Both the position numbers and the translations under genes were made by a program. Positions 24,662-37,899 of a stretch of 64,000 bases of DNA are shown piece after piece. The DNA is from Octopus bimaculoides. Its lineage: Eukaryota. The DNA is taken from assembly GCF_001194135.2 (NCBI RefSeq), contig NC_068982.1, forward strand, positions 103,058,952 to 103,122,951, in the 5' to 3' direction. Position 1 is the stretch's first letter, and the number at the start of each line of letters is the position of its first letter. Below the pieces are notes generated by a model that was given only the letters and a program-made list of their open reading frames with translations, did no database searches and was not told the DNA's origin.

Positions 24662-26067
24662 GTTTGCATGTCTGTCCATAGCAATTCAGTAAATCAATAA
24701 AATAAATATTAAACTGAAGTGCTGGAGTTGATAAATCAGTTAAAATCCTTGAAAGCAGTGCCCCAACAATATTGCAATTTGATAATAAAAATCTGTAAAG
24801 AATATATAAAAATTGCCTTCCCTTCACTCATTTCCAAGTAGCTCTACACAAATGGTAGAGAACCATGTTTCTCATATTTTGGACATATACAAGCATTCTG
24901 CTACACTTTCCGAGTACATAATTATTTGTAACTCACTTTGAGAATGTTTGACAACCTGCATGAATTGAGACAAAGCTTGTGCAATGAGTGTATAAATTGA
25001 ATTAATTGCTGTATTTACTTACTTTCAGTAACTGTCCTGTTCTTTATAAATAGTTTTTACTACTTTGCAAATATTGCATTTGTATCCTTAGATAATTTGG
25101 CATATTTCAACTATTTAGCATCTCATTCAAAGAAAACTCTATTAATGCTTCTTAAGTTTCAATAGTTTTAGAATTAATGTCATCATCATCATTATTTTTT
25201 GGATCCCTTTTACTATGCCTTCCTGAGTTGAACATGTCTTACTGCATGTTTTGATCACTCATCATCTACTTTCTAAAAATAGCTTTCATAGTTTCTGCCC
25301 ATTTCTTACTTGGTGTTCCATGTTCCACAGATTACTTCAGCAATTTTTACTCCAGCTGTCAACCTCCACACACATCATATGTCAGTAACAGTTCAGTTTC
25401 CTCTCTTGTTTCCTCCCTTGCATGTTACATCTATCTTCTCTTATATCCAGTTTTTCTCTCAACTCATTTGTACCCCATAATTCATGCAAACTTCCATTAA
25501 CTTCATTTCTTTCCCATCTTTACATCTAACTCTGCTTTCAGTACCTATGTTTCTCCACCAGTCAACATCACACTTCATAGACAAACATCATGCGAGAGTT
25601 TACTTCACAAGTGCTCTTACTGCTACCTACATCTGTGTACATACCTCATATGTTGTTTTGTTTTTTTTTCCTGCCTGTTTGTGATCCACTACATTTCTTG
25701 TATACCTACAATTTATATAGGGTTTACTGTGTGAAATTCTTATCTACTACTGTTCTGCTTGTCAAGTATGACCACTTCCCTAATTGCAGAAGAGATATTG
25801 TCTTTCTTGTTCACTAAAACGTTTGTCTTTGTTAATTTTATTTTGAGGTTTCTTGGTTCTAATCTTCTACATTCTTCTCAAAATCTTTGCCATATTTCAC
25901 AAAGAAGACTAATTTAATAGCAAACAAGACATTCTTGTTGTGGTCGAGAGAACTATGATAAACAACAGAGCGAGCTGAGAATTGATCCCTGATGGATACT
26001 TACTCATTAAATTCCTTGCTGAATGCAGCTACTTCAAGATTTTAATTCAGAATTACTGTTCTTTTAG

Positions 26068-26142
26068 TTGGGATGTGAATTGCTGCTCTCCTTGTCAGTT
26101 GTTATGCTACTATGGGTGCTCACAGTGGATACAAGAAGTGAG
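26068..26142 (+). CDS. Candidate exon (WDVNCCSPCQLLCYYGCSQWIQEV), unknown product
   Basis: ttcttttag| acceptor, GAG|gtaaga donor, 75 nt, open frame. Confidence 0.3.
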
Positions 26143-26446
26143 GTAAGAGGCTTGCAGTCAACTGACATGTTTGTAATACCAGTAATAACAAGCTTAATGC
26201 TTATCTTTCTGGTTCCAAAGGGAGACAATGGAAAATTCTGGAGCAGTAACATCACCATCTTGACAAACATATAACTAGACTGTTTACTATAGCACTAATT
26301 TCTCTATGCAGGAGCTTATAAGAAGAGAGAGAAAGAGGAAGTGAACAGAAGCTAGTAGAGGGTAGAGAGAGAGTGTGTGTGTGTGGTTATGATCACGTGT
26401 TTGCCAACCAAGCAGGAAGGAATGAAAGGAATCTATTTACCATCAG

Positions 26447-26492
26447 TGTCAGAGATGACTTAATATTTTCCACTCAAAGTTATGGAGGTACA
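26447..26492 (+). CDS. Candidate exon (VRDDLIFSTQSYGGT), in frame with 26068-26142
   Basis: tttaccatcag| acceptor, ACA|gtaagt donor (alternative GAG|gtacag). Confidence 0.25.
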
Positions 26493-26822
26493 GTAAGTAC
26501 CAGCAATATTCTGAATTTAATTGTTTTCTGTATCCTCACCATCACCATCACTCTTTTTTTTTTTGTATTTCATTCTGAATTTGTCTATGCTTTTTATCAG
26601 TTGAACTGTTTTTGTTAAAGAAATTGTTTTTATTACTGTGTTCTTCCTTTGTTTTTGTTAATCTACTCCAAGTAGATTTTGCTGTTAGTCAGGCAAACTG
26701 AGGCAAGCAGAGCTATGTGTCTTGTGCAGGGATGCAGACAATACTGTATATATAATGGATATTGATCATGAAGTCAGTTGTCTAGTATCTTAACTTTGAT
26801 GTCATTGTCCCACATCCCATTA

Positions 26823-26855
<33 letters not shown>

Positions 26856-27586
26856 AAATGATAGAAAGCCTTTATTTGAGTTCAAATTCCTCTCCAGTTC
26901 ACCTTACCATAAGAATGAGTAAACAAATAGAGATTGAACCTGCAACAAAACCTTCATGTGATCACTTATCAGAAATAGTAACTAAATCTTTCTTGTTTCA
27001 TACTCTATATTCTTCAGAAATGAAGGACACATTGAACAATGACCTGGATACATTATGCCTAAAAAAGAAATAGTAACTACAGCAGGCATGCCTTTCATCA
27101 CAGGTCTGCTTAATTATGGCTGACCTGCGGTTAAGCAAAATCCACAAGAAAACATACAAGTATTTATATTGCTGTAAGCCATTTAAACCACATCTCAATA
27201 TCTAAACTTTATATCAAATCAAATAAATGTTATGTAGTTATTTATTTTTCTATTTCATGTTTCTTTTAATGATTTGATTTGGAGTAATGAGTTGTGACCA
27301 TAACCGGGCCCTCTGAAACTGGTGAAATCAATGTGGTTGATGTTTTGTTTTTTAAACTACCACAAGTCAATGACTGCAGTAAAAACATAGACACATTGGG
27401 AAGGGGGTTTCAGAAGAGGGATTTACTGGGATGGAAAGTTTGGATACAGCCATTTGTGCAGGGCCTGGGTGGATTACAAAAGGAGGGGAGACAAGTGAGA
27501 TAGGTAGACCTGGTTGGAAGTGGCATGAAAGCTCTGTTGTTGCAGGTAGAAAAGGAAGGAGCAACTTGCCTATTATATTGGTTTAA

Positions 27587-27893
27587 TCATCATCATCATC
27601 GTTTAACGTCCGCTTTCCATGCTAGCATGGGTTGGATGATTTGACTGAGGACTGGTGAACCAGATGGCTACACTAGGCCCCAATCTGATTTGGCAGAGTT
27701 TCTACAGCTGGATGCCCTTCCTAACGCCAACCACTCCGAGAGTGTAGTGGGTGCTTTTACGTGCCACCAGCACGAAGGCCAGTCAGGAGGTACTGGCAAT
27801 GGCCACGCTCGAAATGGTGTATTTTACATGCCACCTGCACAGGAGCCAGTCTAGCGGCACTGGCAACGATCTCGCTCGAATGTCTTTTCACGT
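27587..27893 (-). mobile_element. RTE-tail short repeat with internal ~65-bp tandem units
   Basis: Reverse complement of positions 1-97 plus upstream repeated TTTTACGTGCCACC...CACTGGCAA..CGCTCGAA units. Confidence 0.85.
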
Positions 27894-28025
27894 TTAAGTT
27901 GGAATATATTGGTGAGCAATTCCATACCAATCTGTTAAGTGATTTATATTTGATGGAGATCATCACTATTCCATTGTGAATTTCAAAACATCTGTCTCAT
28001 TTAGAGTAATCTTCTGTAAGTAAGA

Positions 28026-28343
28026 GTGTTGGGCTCACAATCATGAGGTAATGAGTTCAATTCCCAGGCCAGACTGTGTGTTGTGTCCTTGAGCAAGACA
28101 CTTTATTTCATGTTGTTCCAGTTCACTTAGCTGTAGAAATGAGTAGCAATGTTACTGGTGCCAAGCTGTATCGGCCTTTGCCTTTCCCTTGGATAACATC
28201 GGTGGCATGGAGAGGGGAAGCTGGTATGCATGGGCGACTGCTGGTCTTCCATAAACAACCTTGCCCAGACTTGTGCCTCAGAGGGTAACTTTCAAGGTGA
28301 AATCCATGGTCATTCATGACTGAAGGGGGTCTTTACCCTTTTA
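28026..28343 (+). mobile_element. CORE-type tRNA SINE (family C), 5'-clipped
   Basis: GAGTTCAATTCCC B box, GTGTCCTTGAGCAAGACACTT core; paralog at 28844. Confidence 0.85.
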
Positions 28344-28370
28344 CACTCTGTAAGTAAGAGATAGGGCAAA

Positions 28371-28590
28371 TACGAGAGGGTGCTGAAAAGTTCCTGGCTT
28401 TAACGATATTGTGAAAGGCCTGACTGAAGGCCCAACCTTCCAAGTTCTTTTACAGAGCTTAGAAAACTGAAGGACAGCTGCAATAAGTGTGTGAATCTGA
28501 GAGGGGAATATGTTTAATAAAATCATAATTAACTGGTCCTCGTGTATTTTCTTTTACCCAAAGCCAGGAACTTTTCAGCACCCCCTAGTA
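28371..28590. mobile_element. Mariner-derived MITE with TA TSD
   Basis: TIRs TA|CGAGAGGGTGCTGAAAAGTTCCTGGCTTT ... AAAGCCAGGAACTTTTCAGCACCCCCTAG|TA; retains mariner C-terminal CNKCVNLRGEYV. Confidence 0.9.
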
Positions 28591-28843
28591 CAGCATTAAA
28601 ATAATATCAGAAGACAGACCTGAAGCAGATCTAGAGAAGAAAGGACATGTCATTGATGAGGTCATAAATGGCAATGAAAGGACTTTGACAAACTTAGCTG
28701 ATTGATTGACTGAATGATTAGCTAATTGGTTACATGTTAACCAGTTTACTGACAATAATAATAAAAGTGAAATAGAACCAATGCATGTATTTATTATTGG
28801 TGTGATGACCCTCCCAAAATTAATGCCAGTAGTTAGAGCATCA

Positions 28844-29182
28844 GGCATGGCTCAATAGTTAGAGTGTCAGGCTCACAATCATGAGGTTGTGAGTTTGATT
28901 CCCGGACTGGGCTGTGTGTTGTGTTCTTGAGCAAGACACTTTATTTCACGTTACTCCAGTTCATTTAGCTGCAGAAATGAGTTGTGATGTCACAGGTGGC
29001 AAGCTGTATCAGCCTTTGCCTTTCCCTTGGATAACATCGGTGGTGTGGAGAGTGGGAGGCTGGTATGCATGGGCAACTGCTGGTCTTCAATAAACAACCT
29101 TGCCTGGACTTGTACCTCGGAGGGTAACTTTCTAGATGCAATCCCATGGTCGTTCATGACCGAAGGTGGTCTTTACCCTTTA
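28844..29182 (+). mobile_element. CORE-type tRNA SINE (family C), full length
   Basis: GGCATGGCTCAATAGTTAG A box, GAGTTTGATTCCC B box, ends GTCTTTACCCTTT. Confidence 0.85.
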
Positions 29183-30010
29183 TACTGAAACTAACGTCTT
29201 CCATATAAACATTTGTTACATTTTGTAGGCTATCAAAGCTGATAACATATTTTAGCAGAAACCAAGATCATGAAATACTTAATGCCAGTTGTTATTTGAT
29301 TGGAGGACTTGTTGAGTGATTTATTATTTTCAACTTAAACTGTTTGTTTCATTCATGAATTACTTAGCCACACCCCAAGATGTCTTCTGACTCACCTACC
29401 CGCCAAATCCACTAACCTATTTAGCTAGTCACATGCATGCTGTGTTCTGGAGATCCTTGTTTTGAATTTGAAGATTTAGGTGTGTGTGTGTGAGTGCTAT
29501 ATGTATAATGTATGTATGTATGTCATTGTTGCCTTATCACTTTCACTTCTACCACTCCTAACACATATTTCTACAGGAAATCAGAACAGCCAATTAAACA
29601 CAGTAGAATACAGTTGTATTATCACAGCTCTCTTCCAACTGAATTACAATGACCACCACTACTACTGTTACTAATAGATTGTTTATTATGTTATTGCATC
29701 ATTATTATTATTGTAACTACTACAGCTTGAAGGAGGAATGTTGGCAGAAATAGTAAACCAGTTCAAATGCCATACATTAGTTTCATACAGTCATCTGCTC
29801 TCACCACCACCACCACTCACTCACTCGCACATACTCATAGATTATGTTTATAAGTTCAAATCCTGCATAGGTTGACTTTATTATATCTTTTGGACCTTGT
29901 TAAAAATAAGTACCAGTAATATACTGAAATCAATTAAACTAGCTATACCACCATCATGCCCTGAAAAAAAAATGGGCTTGTGTACCTTATCAATGATATT
30001 TAAAAAATAA

Positions 30011-30405
30011 AGGCATAGGTGTGTGGTAAGAAGTTTGCTTCCCAACCACATGGTTCTGGGTTCAGCCCCACTGCTTGGCACCTTGGGCAAGTGTTTTCTA
30101 CTATAGCCTTCAACTGACCAACTATAGCCTTCAACTACTTTGTGAGCATATTTGGTAGATGGAAACTGAGAGAAACCCATTGTATGTGTACATGTGTCTA
30201 TGTGTCCACCAACACTGCCTGACAACTTGTGTTGGTGTGTTTACGTCCCTGTAACTTAGCTGTTCAGCAAAAGAAACCAATAGAAATAAGTGCCAGCTTT
30301 AAAAAAATAAGTACTGAGGTTGAATCATTCAACTAAAATTCATCAAGGCAGTGCCCCAGCATGGTCGCATTCTAGTGACTGAAACAAGTGCAAGATAAAA
30401 GATAA
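30011..30405 (+). mobile_element. SINE family A
   Basis: Head, CA-rich linker and GAAACAAG..AAGATAAAAG tail. Confidence 0.8.
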
Positions 30406-30951
30406 ACTAAGGAACTACTACAACTACTACTGCTGTTACTATTACTACTACTACACTTGCTAGTGGCAAGTTGTAATATTAACAGCAGCAGCAATAACAG
30501 CAACAATAACTGTAGTAGTGTTATGGTAGTTATCCAAAAAATGTAATATAAATAGGAGGATAGTGCTAGTAGTATATTATTTATGGTAGTTTATAAATAA
30601 ATGATTTGTGCTGTGATGCACTCATTATTTAGACATCCATTCATGTAACTCATTTTATTTTTTTTAATAAACATACATTTTCATACTCTACATGTTTGAT
30701 GTGTGTAATATTTTATGTTGAATATTTTCAGTGACCTGCCAGCACATATGTGTGTGCATTTATATTTTGTTGATAAATGTATACTATAGTTTCTTTCAGT
30801 TACCCAAGTAGATTCAGATATTTTCTAGGGATGGGATGTAAATGCAGTAAATACACAATTTGTGATTTGATACAGAATGTGGTGGTTTGTAAATAGAGAA
30901 TTTGTCTCCTGTCACAGTCATAGTGACTACATTTCTTTCCATCCCCAATAC

Positions 30952-30986
<35 letters not shown>

Positions 30987-32355
30987 CACACACACAGCTC
31001 AGACATACACAGCTATGTGCAAGGCAACATTTAAAATGTTTCTTTCTTCTTTTATATCATGCATCTTGTGACCTATTGCATCTTTATAGTTATACAATGA
31101 ACTAATCACTGGTTCAATGCATTTTCAACACTGAAAGTGACAAGAAAATGTGTGTGTTTCTCCAATAGAATAATTATTGTCAGATATTTCTTTTGCACAC
31201 CCCAGTTTATCAATTTTCTTGCTATGTGCATCAGATAAGATATATATATATATATATGTATGTATACACACACACAGAGTTTCCATCTACAAAATTTCAC
31301 TTACAAAGCATTGGTTAACCTGAGGTTATGTTAAACACATTCAAGGTGCCACTCAGTGAAATTAAACCCAGAACCATTTGCTTGTGAAGTAATCCTTTGC
31401 AGACCAATAATGTTGTTTCTAAAGTGATTGGTGATAGGATGAGCATCCAGCTCAAGAAGCAAAGCCAAAAATGAAACATATAAACAAGATGTGGTCCTCT
31501 GACTAGCCTAGGAGAGCAGTTATTCCAAATAACAACTGACTCACACCCTTATGACCTGTTCAACACCTACCAGCGTGGAAAGCAGACTTAAAATGATGGT
31601 GATGAAGATGACGATGAAGAGCCCATACTCATGAACCTTGGTGAACCTTTGATGCTAGAAGGATGCATGTGATTGGTGATCAGCTTGAACATCTGTAAGT
31701 CAATGTCTGCAGAAAAAATATGGTTGGCAAGGGAAATCCTGAGGGCTGATGTTCTGATTATCAAGCATTTGACATAATAGTCACTAGGGAGCTTGAGAGA
31801 GAAGAGAGAGACCAGCTAACAAGAGAAGAAGTAGGTGTGTCTGGCTGATTTGAGAGGAGGTGGTAAACAGTTAACTGGCTATGAGGAGCAGAGGCCATTG
31901 TAGTTGTTATCAAAAGAATAGTCACAAGACATTGCTTCTGTCATCGTATATAGGTCAGTTCACTTTGAAATTTCTCTTATGTACATGTGTGTGTGTGTAT
32001 ATTAAACTTTAGCAATCACTTGCAAGCAAATATGACTTGGTAGCTTGTATTACACTTTTGCTAATTGTTTTAATTGTTTATGTAGTTGCAAGAAGATATA
32101 GACATTCTCTCACACACATGCGCATGTGTGTGTGATGTCAAGTTTCTTAAGTTTTCAAGTAAATTTCAAGGAGTGAGAAAAGTTGTCTTTAATTGAGAGC
32201 ATAGACACACTCTCCTGCACTTTTTCAAAGACAGTCTTCATCTGAACATTGGAGAAATTATTCTCCAAACCCTAATTTGATACAGTTTAAAGAAACTTTA
32301 CACTATTAATAAAGTTTTCAGGCCAATTCTTCAGGTCTTGATCTTGGTTTACCTC

Positions 32356-32388
<33 letters not shown>

Positions 32389-32745
32389 GAGAAAGAGAGA
32401 GTGAGTGAATGCATGTGTGTTTGTTTGCAAGTGTGAGCCCAAGCATGTACTCAGCTATATATTTATTGTGATTGAAAGTTTCATAACCCAGTTCATTACA
32501 TCTTTTATGGTACTTTGAAAGGTTTTATGATTTGATCTTCATACAGTGCAGTGTATCTTGAACGAGTCAGCCTGACTGAACCCATTTGTCTCCAATCTAT
32601 ATTAACATGAGTTCAACTCAGTAATATGTACATCAAAACACTGTCTTTTAGCTTTACTGCACCCAATTATTGTGCCACCCAATAGTAACAGTTTACAGAG
32701 GAGTGAACTGGTCATTGAGAGTTAAATACATTTACTACTGTCACA

Positions 32746-33058
32746 GAGGTGCAATGGCCCAGTGGTTAGGGCAGCGGACTCGCGGTCATAGGATCGCAGT
32801 TTCGATTCCCAGACTGGGCGTTGTGAGTGTTTATTGAGCGAAAACACCTAAAGCTCCACGAGGCTCCGGCAGGGGATGGTGGTGAACCCTGCTGTACTCT
32901 TTCACCACAACTTTCTCTCACTCTTACTTCCTGTTTCTGTTGTGCCTGTAATTCAAAGGGCCAGCCTTGTCACACTGTGTCACGCTGAATATCCCCGAGA
33001 ACTACGTTAACCCTTTAACATTCAGATTTCTTTGTCAAATTTAATACCTTTTTCACTG
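32746..33058 (+). mobile_element. SINE family K truncated at TTAA (33007-33010) by the 5' end of a TTAA MITE
   Basis: SINE sequence to ACTACGTTAA, then CCCTTTAACATTCAGATT..TGTCAAAT matching the MITE start at 62837. Confidence 0.8.
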
Positions 33059-33843
33059 TAATTAGCAGGTATATCTCTCCTGTGTTGTGTACAGTATTGT
33101 TTTGTTGTTAGTGACTAGATTAATGCTACTAGCTTATTATTGTCTGTATTTTTTTATTATAGTTTCATTTATATAATGATGTTTTTTGTGTGTTGTGTTA
33201 CAGTGTGGAGGAGTTCTTGTTAGAATGTGTGTGTTGTGTAAGTTATATTGTTAGTGTTGAGAGTGACCTTCAAAAAATATGTACTGTGCCAAGTTATGCT
33301 ATTTTCTGGATTGTGTGCAGTGTTGTGAGACATGGTATTGTGCTTAACTGTTTGTTCATATTCTTTTTCGTCATACTTAATTCCCCAATCATTTTTTTTT
33401 TTTGTATGCTTCTTCAAAGTATTCTCTGTGCAATTTGTCCTGAGTTATTTGTCAGTTTGGACAATTATGTCTCAGAATTCTACTTCTAGCTTTGCCATAT
33501 GCTTAATCTTGAGTGGTAGATTTAATCTGTCACCTAATTTAAAGTGACTACCTGGTCCTTTGAGTGCCATTTGTGAAGTCCACAACATGTAAGCATTTAG
33601 GCTAAGTCATTGGTGTGAGAATCCATTGTTCTTACCTTTCTTCTTACCAGTTTCAGAAGTGTTATAAAGGATCATAAAAACTACTCTTTCTCCTGATTAA
33701 GCAATTATGTGTGTGTTTAGTTATACCTGTCTGAAAAAAAAATAGTACTGTATGCCATTTTAGCGATTAATAATATTTCATTTTTGATGAGTCAATATCT
33801 TGCTAATGAGTTTCACAGCAAGAGACTAACTTGACCAAAATAA

Positions 33844-33890
<47 letters not shown>

Positions 33891-33891
33891 C

Positions 33892-34190
33892 TTAGGCATG
33901 GCTGTGATCTCAGGTTCAGTCCCACTTGAACAAGTGTCTTCTACTATAACCCTGGGCCATCCAAAGCCTGTGAATGGATTTGGTTGGCAGGAACTGGAAG
34001 ATGGCTGTCATATGCTTGTGATGTGTGTGTTTTTGTGCATCCTTGTCTTGGCATCGTGTGATGGTTGTAAAATGAGTATTATTGTCATACAAGTGGTGTT
34101 GTTCATTCCATGAAGAACATGTCTGGCTATAGGAAATGTTATCCTGCTTGGAGTGGGGTGGGCAACAGGAAGGGCATACTTCTGAAGGAA
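33892..34190 (+). mobile_element. SINE family A variant
   Basis: GGTTCAGTCCCACTTGAACAAGTGTCTTCTACTATA plus the alternative tail. Confidence 0.7.
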
Positions 34191-34470
34191 ATGAAGACAA
34201 TATATGTTTGTACCACTTATATCTTTATATATCTCAACCCACTTGGTCATGCCTGTGAATATATTCCAACTTTGCAAAGACTAGAAATGTGGAAATAAAA
34301 CAATCTTTTCTTTCTTAATGTTATCTGTACTGTCTACTGCTAATATTATGATCCATCTTTTTCTTATACTACAGTATACCCATGGAAAATCCATGAATAT
34401 TTCAGTTTTGTAGTGAATTATTTGCAGGAAACTGTAATGAAAGGAATTACCTAGATATTATATATATATA

Positions 34471-36352
34471 TCCTGAAACGATGGCAAGATCACTTCGAAG
34501 CCGTGTTGAACTCCACCTCAGTCACTAATGATGACATCATAATGTCTACTCCACAGTATGTTGAAATACCGGAATTGTCTCTGGAGCCAACCTTCCTGAA
34601 AGTAGTAAACTCTGTTGAACAGATCTCTTCTGGTAAAGCACCTGGCAGGGATACTGTCCCTTCTGAAATCTACAAGCATGGCAGACAGAAGCTTTTTAAG
34701 AAATTGCATGACCTCTTCATAAATATTTGGATGGTAGGCTGTGTACCACAGGACTTCAAGGATGCCTCAATTCAACATCTTCGTAAGAACAAAGGAAACT
34801 GAAGTGTCTGTGATAACCATTGTAGGATATCGCTTCTGTCTTTTGCTGATAAGATTCTTGCTCAACTCCTTCTTGACAGGATCATCAAACATGTTGTAAA
34901 TGATATCTATCCAGAATCACAGTGCAGATTTTGCTCTGGTCGTGGCACTATTGAAATGATCTTTTCCCTTCAACAGGTCATGGAGAAGGTACATGAGGAA
35001 AATCAACAGTTGTTCATGGCATTCATTGACCTTACTAAGGCCTTCAACACTGTTAACTGGCAAGCACTATGGAAAGTTCTGGAAAAGCTTGGCGTACCTG
35101 ACAAAATGTTGAATGCTATCATCTCCTTTCATGAGAAAATGAAGGCTGCTGTCGTGTCCGAAGGGGAATCTTCAGCTTCCTTCAACATTACAAATGGCAC
35201 AAAGCAAGGTTGTGTTATGGCCTCTGATTTGTTTGGACTCTTTTCAGTGATGCTGAGTTATGCTTTTGGCAACATACAAATTGGTGTCATATTCCAGTAT
35301 GGAACAAGTGGTGGACTATTCAATCATCAACGTTTCAAAGCCAGAACATTGATATGCACCAGTATCATTCATGATCTACTTTTTGCAGATGATGCTGCAC
35401 TAGTAGCGACCTCCTTAGAGGAAGTTCAGGAACTTCTAGACCAATTTTCTGTTGCATGTAAAGCTTTTGGTTTTAACCAGCAGCATAAATAAGATGGAAG
35501 TAATCCACCAACCTTGCCCTTCTCCTAAACAAATTTGAGGTGTCAAGCAGAGGCCACCGGTTCACAATTTTCCTGACACTCCTATACAGGTTGATGGGAG
35601 TAACCTAAATTATGTTGAAGTCATTTACATATCTTGGAAGTAAAGTGAATTCAAGTGCCTCGCTTGATGATGAAATCTTCAACCATCTTGCAAAAGCCAC
35701 CAATGCATTTGGCAAATTCCATCATCACCTGTGGAATGAAAGGGGCATCAAACTTGACACCAAAGTACAAGTCTATAAAGATCCATTCTTACTACTCTCT
35801 TGTATGCCTCAGAATCGTGGATACCCTATAGACAACACATTAACCAACTAGACATCTTCCACAAAGGCTGCCTGAGGAGAATCTGTGGTTATTCACTTAA
35901 AGACAGAGTTTCTAATGCCAGCCTGTTTAGCAAGTGTAAGATTGACAAAAGAATACCCAAAGTCCTCATGTACAGCCAGCTTGATAGTGGGCACAGAAAT
36001 GTTGGTCGACCATGGCTCAGATATAAGTACAAGCTGAAGAGTAACCTCTTAGTAATGAAGATAGCTCACAACACTGTTGAGCAAACAGCCTTGGAGTGAA
36101 CAAAATGGAAATTATTGTGTCAAAATTGTATTAGAAACTTTGTTGCAACCAGTATTAACAGGCTTCGGGGTGCAAGGCAAAGGAGAAAAAGCAGCTGCAG
36201 ATATACCACCTATAATCCTCGTACTTGCAGGATCTGTAGGCTTTTTTGCAAATCGTTGGCAGGACTTAAATGTCACATTTGACATAAGCATTATTACTGA
36301 CAAAGAAAGAGTAGGGTGTCAGATCTTCATACATTGAAACTGATGGAAGATT

Positions 36353-36358
<6 letters not shown>
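34471..36358 (+). mobile_element. RTE/BovB-like LINE, 5'-truncated, RT pseudogene
   Basis: SGKAPGRD, YPESQC, MAFIDLTKAFNTV, GTKQGCVMA, LLFADD, FTYLGS, terminal CRIC-type motif; several stops and frameshifts. Confidence 0.95.
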
Positions 36359-36409
<51 letters not shown>

Positions 36410-37647
36410 CTCTTTATAAAGCAATGAAATATGCATGCCAATACATATAAAACTACAGGCATAACCAACATTACAGATGTATTACATTCATTAAAATCTT
36501 ATAGTAACAGGGAATTCCATTATGTGAGGCCTATTTTTCCATTCATGCTTGTGTCACATGAATATTGTGACATAGACATCAGTAAGAAATAGGTTTTGCA
36601 TTGTGAAATTCCACATTACTGCTAGATTTTTCAAGACTACAATGCTTCCACAACATGAGATATGTCTGCTTTTATATACTGTTTATGCATGGACAAATAA
36701 ATTTATGTGCATTTGAACGCAGTATTCAGTTAAGTAAATGACCTGTTAATGTTTCCACGAAATACAGAGATAGTGAAAGTATCATACTCAACTATTGAAA
36801 CATCAAGAGAGTGAAGGCACCATAGCAGATAAACAGAAAAATACTCTTTTACTTATACATATATATATATGGTCAGTTGAAACATGTACATTTCTACTTT
36901 ATATTCAGCTAATTAAACAGTTTGTTACTTCCCAGGAAATACCATATTTTCTGGCATACAAGTCGATGTAGTATATATAATATAAACATGTAGAGTAAGC
37001 ATTTTGGTTAACATGCAGTTTACCATTGTAACATAGTGTAAGTATATTGTTCTTAGGAAATAATTTCTTTTTTATAGAAATTGGAAGTGACAACAGAGAC
37101 ATCCCATAATTTCATTTAAACACTATGTGATTCAGTACCAATGTATCCAATATATAAATGTATATATATTTAATATAACATGAAAACCATACATGTATGT
37201 TTTATATAAGATGGAAACAATCACATTTACAGGAAAACATAACAGTCATTGATGCATGGAATGAGATTTGTAAATAGCTTTTCGTGATTTCTAAATTTAT
37301 TTCACCACACCTGCTAATGAAGATATGATGTAAATAAATCATTACAATTCCCACACCGTTGCCTAATTTACTTCTTGGCAAGCATCCATTACCTTCCTAT
37401 AGTCTGTGTATGGATGCTGTCATCATCTGGATCAACAAAACTGAGTGAACAGTTGACAACTTATGAGTATAAAAATTGCCAAGACCTGCATGGAAAGCCC
37501 ACCCATCAGATACCTAACGTGTTTCATGAAATTTTAGTATATCACTCATCATTCCCAGTTTATGTTGCAATATACTATCATTTTTTAAGAAACAATTTGA
37601 TTTCACTATTTTATGACAGTAAATTGCATGTGAGCCAGCATTTCAAA

Positions 37648-37899
37648 CATCATCAACATCATCATCATCATTGTTTAACATCTGCTTTCCATGCTAGCAT
37701 GGGTTGGATGATTTGACTGAGGACTGGTGAAACCAGATGGCTACACCAGGCTCCAATCTGATTTGGCAGAGTTTCTACAGCTGGATGCCCTTCCTAACGC
37801 CAACCACTCAGAGAGTGTAGAAGGCCACGCTCGAAATGGTGTATTTTATGTGCCACCTGCACAGGAGCCAGTCCAGCGGCACTGGCAACGAACTTGCTC
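37648..37899 (-). mobile_element. RTE-tail short repeat with internal deletion
   Basis: Highly similar to 27587-27893 but lacking most of one tandem unit. Confidence 0.85.

Noticed and set aside
22600-28700. Apparent decayed F-box/WD40 gene (LETGK..KGHPDSIF, SAGVDKSVKI, DADNTVYIMD, EGH..EIVTTAG)
   Set aside because: These peptides come from SINE sequence (23745-23815, 24710-24800, 26690-26780, 27010-27135) that aligns with other SINE copies; the remaining motifs are too short to exceed chance
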